Shown here: positions 59,243 through 64,000 of the stretch, in pieces | Position numbering within the stretch: position 1 is the first letter of the stretch | Layout of the letters: each line of letters begins with the position of its first letter | Source of the DNA: Emiliania huxleyi CCMP1516 | Lineage: Eukaryota | Direction of reading: 5' to 3' | Assembly (NCBI RefSeq): GCF_000372725.1 | Contig: NW_005201176.1 | Location: 222,038-286,037 of the forward strand | Length of the DNA stretch: 64,000 bases | Notes under the pieces: generated by a model | What the model saw: the letters and a program-made list of their open reading frames with translations, nothing else | What the model was told of the DNA's origin: nothing | The model's database searches: none | Program-made: the position numbers and the translations under genes

Positions 59243-62200
59243 ATGAAGGACCTACTTGCTTGCGACGCCGAGCTCCGCGGCTGCACGTCGCCGGCGCGCA
59301 TCGCGGAGCTGCAGAAGCTGCGAGCGGGGCAGCTACTGGCCCGCGGCGAGGGCGAGGCCGCAAAGGCTGCGATGGCCGCCGCCGCCGCCAACGACGCTGC
59401 GCATTGGTCGCGCAAAGCCTCGAAGCACGCCGAGCAAGACGAGCTCGTGGAGGCTGCGAGCGCGTACGAGCGAGCGCTGGAGCTGCTGCGGATGGACGAC
59501 GCGCCGCGCGGTGAGCTCCGCAGCGCAGAGAAGAGCGCGCGAGAGGCTCGCAACCGCGTGGGCTCACGGCTGACGGAGCGGCTGCGCGGCTTGCGAGGAT
59601 GCTCGGCGGAGGAGGTTCACTCGATCGTGGGCGAGGTGGCTCGTCTTGGCGACGAGGCGACGGTGCTGTTGGCGTGGCGGGAGCTGCTGCGGCGCGAGTT
59701 GAAGGCGCGATCCACGGGGGCGTGGGTCAATGGCTGCGTCGAGCTTCGCCAGAGCAGGCACATCGAGCAGGCGCTATGCCTCGAGCTGGCTGTCGCTGGG
59801 TACGAGGCGGCGCTGGAGGTGCGCACGAGGGAGGCGTATCCCGAGGACTGGGCGATGACGCAGATGAACCTCGCCATCGCGTACAGCTTCCGCATCCGCG
59901 GCGAGAAGGCGGCCAACCTCGAGACGGCGATCGAGCGCTACGAGGCGGCGCTGGAGGTGCGCACGAGGGAGGCGTATCCCGAGGACTGGGCGAAGACGCA
60001 GATGAACCTCGCCACTGCGTACGAGGATCGCATCCGCGGCGAGAAAGCAGACAACGTCGAGACGGCGATCGAGCACTACGAGGCGGCGCTGGAGGTGTAC
60101 ACGAAGGTTGCGTTTCCCGAGGACTGGGCGATGACGCAGATGAACCTCGCCAACGCGTACCTCAATCGCATCCGCGGCGAGAAGGCGGCCAACGTCAAGA
60201 CGGCAATCGAGCATTTCGAGGCGGCGCTGGAGGTGCGCACGAGGGAGGCGTATCCCGAGGACTGGGCGACGACGCAGATGAACCTCGCCATCGCGTACCG
60301 CAACCGCATCTGCGGCGAGAAGGCGGCCAACGTCAAGACGGCGATCGAGCACTACGAGGCGGCGCTGGAGGTGTACACGAGGGCGGCGTATCCCGAGAAG
60401 TGGGCGATGACGCAGGACAACCTCGGCATCGCGTACCGCAACCGCATCTGCGGCGAGAAGGCGGCCAGCGTCGAGACGGCGATCAAGCACTTCGAGGCGG
60501 CGCTGGAGGTGTACACGAAGGAGGCCTACCCGGCCGACCACGTGCAAACGGCGCGCAACCTCGCCATCGCCCTCTCTTCTGCCAGCTGTGACAACGAGGC
60601 GCTCGCCGTTTCCTCGAGCGCTCTCGAGGTGCTGGATGAGTTGCGCCTCGCCGTGCGCGACGGCACCGACGACCTCGTGGCGAAGCGGAAGCTGACGCTT
60701 GACGGCGCTGGCCTTGTGGCCACGCTCGTGCGCAGCTGCCTGCGGCTCCACGCGTCAGTCCGTGTGGCCGTGACCGTCGGCCCGGCTGTGGGCGGCGGTG
60801 TGCATTGCAGTCTTGCCACGCGCGCTGCGCCCCGGCACCTCTTGCTAACGGCGCTGCAGTGCATCGAGAAGAGCCGCGCTCGCAGCCTGGCCGAGGCGGC
60901 GACGCAGCCGCAGCGGGCGGAGCGGCTGGCGCTCGAGCGTGCAGAGGCGTCCGGCGCGGGCGAGGGGGAGCAGCGCCGCTTGGCGGCGGCGGCGGCGGCT
61001 GCCGCACCGCCGCTCGCGCCCACGCGCTCGCCGTCGATCAAGCTGACGCCGCAGGGGTGGTACCAGCGGGCGACGTCACTGCTCGGCCCGCACCGGGCGG
61101 CGGTCGCGTGGTTCCTTTCGAACGATTTTGGCTGCGCTTTCGTGCTAGCCGAGACGCTGCCGCTGCCGCGGGTAGTCGAGTACGACGGGGAGGCGGTCAG
61201 AGCTCTGAGGAGTGCGGTGGCCGCCTTCCAGGCGATGGTCACTAGTGCGGGCAGCCGGCCCGACCCCGCCGCCTTCGACGCGCATCTCTCGCTGCTCGCC
61301 TCCGCCCTCAAGGTGGACGAAGTGGTCGCCGCGGTGCGAAGGACGGGTGACAAGGGCTCCGACGAGGAGTGGCACAACGGCCCGAGCATCGCGAGCGTCG
61401 TCCTTCTGCCGCACGGCGTGCTGCACGCCGTGCCGATCCACGCGCTGAGCTGCGCTGACGGGATACGGGTGTCCGAGGTCTTCCCCGCCGGCGCGAGCTA
61501 CACGCCCTCGCTGGAGTTGCTCGCTCGCGCGCAAGCTGCTGCCGCAACGCTGTCCACGCTCCCGCCTCGCGCCGTCATCGTGCAGAACCCGACGGGCGAC
61601 CTGGACGGCGCGGACCAGGAGGTGGAGCACTTGAGCTCTCTCCCCAACTGCGATGCGACCGTGCTCCCGCACGACGACGCCACGCGGGAGCGGCTGCGAA
61701 GCGCGATCGACGCGGCGTCGGCCTCTGGCGACTACGGACTGCACCTCGCGACGCACGGCCGCTTCGCCGCCGGCTCGCGCCTCGACTCGGCGGTGGAGCT
61801 CGCGGGCGGGGACTCGCTGAGCGTGTTTGACGTGCTGTCTCGCCAGTTTGCGCTGGAGCGGTGCGCTCTGTGCGTGCTGTCGGCGTGCGAGTCGGGTCTC
61901 TCGGACACCACCGCCGAGGAGTGCGTGGGGCTGCCGGCGGCGATGCTGTCGAGCGGCGTGCCTCGCACCGTCTCGACGCTCTGGCGCGTGTCGGACGTCG
62001 CCTCGGCGCTGCTCATCTCCGAGATGTACACGCGGCTCTACCAGCACGTCGGCGAGCTCTCGGTCGCCGCCGCGCTGCGTGGCGCGCAGATCTGGCTGCG
62101 GGAGCTTCCTTGGGGCGAGGCGGAGGTAGCACTCGGGCTGCGCTTTGGCGCAGCCGGCTCGCGCTTGCTGCTCTCCGAGCTCCGCTCCTTGCGAGGCGGA

Positions 62201-63076
62201 GGTCCCCCAGCGCCGTCGGGCCTCGTCTGCGCGTTAGGCGTCGACGAGGCGCTGGCTCGCGAGTTGAGCGCGCTCTCTCGCTCGCTCGTGGGCAGCTGGG
62301 CGGCATACGCCGATCGGGGCAAGAAGACAAAAGGGTTCTCGGAGGGCGACTGGAGCGGTCACGAGATGAGCGTCATGCGCGCCTTTGGGGAGGGGAGGGT
62401 GCAGTGGCTCTGCACCGACGTCTTCTTCATGGGCGGCGGGCTGCCGATGCGCGACTACTGGCTGCGGATCCGGCCGTCCGACGGCTCTTCCGAGGCGGAG
62501 CGGTACGTCGTGCTCCACCTCCACTACCTCGGCTCGCACGACGCGCCGCGCTTCGACGAGATCGCACAGGTAAACGTGCGCTTCGGCCGCAGCGAGCAAA
62601 ACTACTTTTACAAGCCGCACGGCCAGGTGCAGATGGGGATGGACTCGGGCGGTCGCAGCTGGCTCGTGACGGGACACAAGGAGAAGAAGGAGGCGGGCCG
62701 AGAGAGCGACACGCGCTGGATGGGTGCGGGCTTTACGCCAAAGGGCTGGTCGACCGGCTCGCGCACTCGCGACTTGCCGCCGTGGCGGTGGCGCACCGAC
62801 CCGGACCGGGCGATGGGCGGCCAGGAGGCGGAGGGTGACGGCCAGCCGGTGCACTACTCGCCGGCGGAGAAGGCACGCTTCCGGGAGTGCCACGACCTGC
62901 TCATCGCCGCGGAGGCGGCGCTGCAGGAGGGCTTCTCGCTAGCCTTTGACGCGGCGGGCGCCGGCATCGCACGCGACCTTGCGCAGCCCTCGTCAGGAGC
63001 GTCATCAGGCGACGCGAAGCCGTTCGCGTCCCCAATGTTTTGGGCACCCTTTGTCTTGGTCGGCTCAGCGAAGTGA
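59243..63076 (+). CDS. Intronless TPR-repeat + CHAT (caspase/HetF) protease; alternative start at 59138
   Basis: Five-plus 46-aa repeats (138-bp period from 59801); IEKSRARSL, LPHGVLHAVPIHAL, LHLATHG (His 61754), VLSACESG (Cys 61886), STLWRVSD, SPMFWAPFVLVG. Confidence 0.93.
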   Translation: MKDLLACDAELRGCTSPARIAELQKLRAGQLLARGEGEAAKAAMAAAAANDAAHWSRKASKHAEQDELVEAASAYERALELLRMDDAPRGELRSAEKSAREARNRVGSRLTERLRGLRGCSAEEVHSIVGEVARLGDEATVLLAWRELLRRELKARSTGAWVNGCVELRQSRHIEQALCLELAVAGYEAALEVRTREAYPEDWAMTQMNLAIAYSFRIRGEKAANLETAIERYEAALEVRTREAYPEDWAKTQMNLATAYEDRIRGEKADNVETAIEHYEAALEVYTKVAFPEDWAMTQMNLANAYLNRIRGEKAANVKTAIEHFEAALEVRTREAYPEDWATTQMNLAIAYRNRICGEKAANVKTAIEHYEAALEVYTRAAYPEKWAMTQDNLGIAYRNRICGEKAASVETAIKHFEAALEVYTKEAYPADHVQTARNLAIALSSASCDNEALAVSSSALEVLDELRLAVRDGTDDLVAKRKLTLDGAGLVATLVRSCLRLHASVRVAVTVGPAVGGGVHCSLATRAAPRHLLLTALQCIEKSRARSLAEAATQPQRAERLALERAEASGAGEGEQRRLAAAAAAAAPPLAPTRSPSIKLTPQGWYQRATSLLGPHRAAVAWFLSNDFGCAFVLAETLPLPRVVEYDGEAVRALRSAVAAFQAMVTSAGSRPDPAAFDAHLSLLASALKVDEVVAAVRRTGDKGSDEEWHNGPSIASVVLLPHGVLHAVPIHALSCADGIRVSEVFPAGASYTPSLELLARAQAAAATLSTLPPRAVIVQNPTGDLDGADQEVEHLSSLPNCDATVLPHDDATRERLRSAIDAASASGDYGLHLATHGRFAAGSRLDSAVELAGGDSLSVFDVLSRQFALERCALCVLSACESGLSDTTAEECVGLPAAMLSSGVPRTVSTLWRVSDVASALLISEMYTRLYQHVGELSVAAALRGAQIWLRELPWGEAEVALGLRFGAAGSRLLLSELRSLRGGGPPAPSGLVCALGVDEALARELSALSRSLVGSWAAYADRGKKTKGFSEGDWSGHEMSVMRAFGEGRVQWLCTDVFFMGGGLPMRDYWLRIRPSDGSSEAERYVVLHLHYLGSHDAPRFDEIAQVNVRFGRSEQNYFYKPHGQVQMGMDSGGRSWLVTGHKEKKEAGRESDTRWMGAGFTPKGWSTGSRTRDLPPWRWRTDPDRAMGGQEAEGDGQPVHYSPAEKARFRECHDLLIAAEAALQEGFSLAFDAAGAGIARDLAQPSSGASSGDAKPFASPMFWAPFVLVGSAK

Positions 63077-63392
63077 ACCGCATCGTACGGGACATACTAC
63101 GTACGTGCATGCGAGTGAAGGGTGTTGGGTGTGGGCCGGGCGTACCCCGCGTTGTTTACCGCGCCGCTCTACGTGCAACGTGATCTGGTGCTGGACACGC
63201 AGTAGCGAGTACTATCCGGGGCCGAGCAAGTACAGCGAGCCGTGTCCGTGTGTGCGTGCCGTGCCGCTATGGCATTAGCCGATTTACTATAGCCTATTAG
63301 CGTATAGCGCGAGTACAGGGGGAGTGTACGTGTGTGCATGAGTCTGCATGTGGTACGTTATCGTCTTACTGGCGCGAGGGCACAGCAAACAC

Positions 63393-63956
63393 TCAAACCT
63401 CTGACTCAGAATCGCTGCTGCTCGACGACGCAGCGGTGCCGCTCACCACTGGCTCGCAGTCAGCGGCTTGCCCCGCCCGAGCTTCTCGAGCCCGCAGAGA
63501 GCGATCTTGCGCTCGAGCGAACGCTTGGCCTCCTCGTCGGGGGCGCCGGTAGACCGCTTCGGGTACGCGGGCAGCTCGGCGTAAAGCTGGCCGGGCCTGC
63601 TTGACCGTCGCGAGCACGGCGCGCGCGTCCGTCACGATCGTCTTGTACTTGTCCGGTCGCCGGCTCACGAAGGGCCACATCGTCTGGATGTGCTTGATGC
63701 TGACATTCTTGATGCTGGCCTCCTTGACATCCGCGTCCGCGCAGAGCGCCGGCCAGAGGTGCCTGAGGAGCACGGCGTAAGCCGCCTTGCGGTCGCTGTC
63801 CGGCGGCTCGCCGAGCCAGTTTGCCGGCTCGAGCGTGTCCAACCACCGCGCCTTCCAGGCGTACCGTAGCTCATGCTCTGGGGCACCATCGGACGCAGGC
63901 GCGAGGAGCGCGGTGAGGAAGGGCCACATGCAGCGGATCGCGCGGGTGCGGGCATG
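63393..63956 (-). CDS. Hypothetical protein (probably runs in from beyond the window end)
   Basis: GC3-rich ORF 63393-63929; no family recognised. Confidence 0.4.
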   Translation of the reverse strand, partial: HARTRAIRCMWPFLTALLAPASDGAPEHELRYAWKARWLDTLEPANWLGEPPDSDRKAAYAVLLRHLWPALCADADVKEASIKNVSIKHIQTMWPFVSRRPDKYKTIVTDARAVLATVKQARPALRRAARVPEAVYRRPRRGGQAFARAQDRSLRAREARAGQAADCEPVVSGTAASSSSSDSESEV

Positions 63957-64000
63957 CTGAGACCGTCGAGGCCGGCAGCCTTGCGCAGCCTGGGCCAGAG

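Noticed and set aside
1..64000. tRNA or rRNA genes
   Set aside because: No cloverleaf or conserved rRNA signature was recognised by eye; tRNAscan-SE or Infernal would be needed to exclude them.

Overview
GC-rich eukaryotic DNA with short GT-AG/GC-AG introns, 10-11 bp tandem repeats and three N gaps. It is most consistent with a haptophyte alga such as Emiliania/Gephyrocapsa huxleyi (inferred, not verified). Recognisable genes: MBD4-like HhH glycosylase (partial), NHL-BTB protein (partial), ankyrin-repeat protein, GT61/DUF6625-like glycosyltransferase, YgfZ/Iba57, D-cysteine desulfhydrase, violaxanthin de-epoxidase, HTTM-like membrane protein, MFS transporter, C2-vWA-proline-rich surface protein, CCDC40, two sulfotransferase-like proteins, an AP2-repeat pseudogene and a GH18-like protein. 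There is also an intronless TPR-CHAT protease with cyanobacterial-style repeats, and a second broken CHAT-like gene. Mobile DNA includes an internally deleted Helitron and several dispersed SINE/LINE-end/MITE-like families. The most striking signals are: (1) many introns begin with a copy of the next exon, and small retroposon-like elements sit in target-site duplications that contain the splice sites, which suggests an intron-gain route; (2) the TPR-CHAT protein has near-identical 46-aa repeats with a few variable positions and a ~250-aa domain inserted in the protease C-terminus; (3) a ~150-nt intergenic hairpin whose core-stem mismatches are G-U pairs. All family assignments come from motif recognition by eye; no searches were run.
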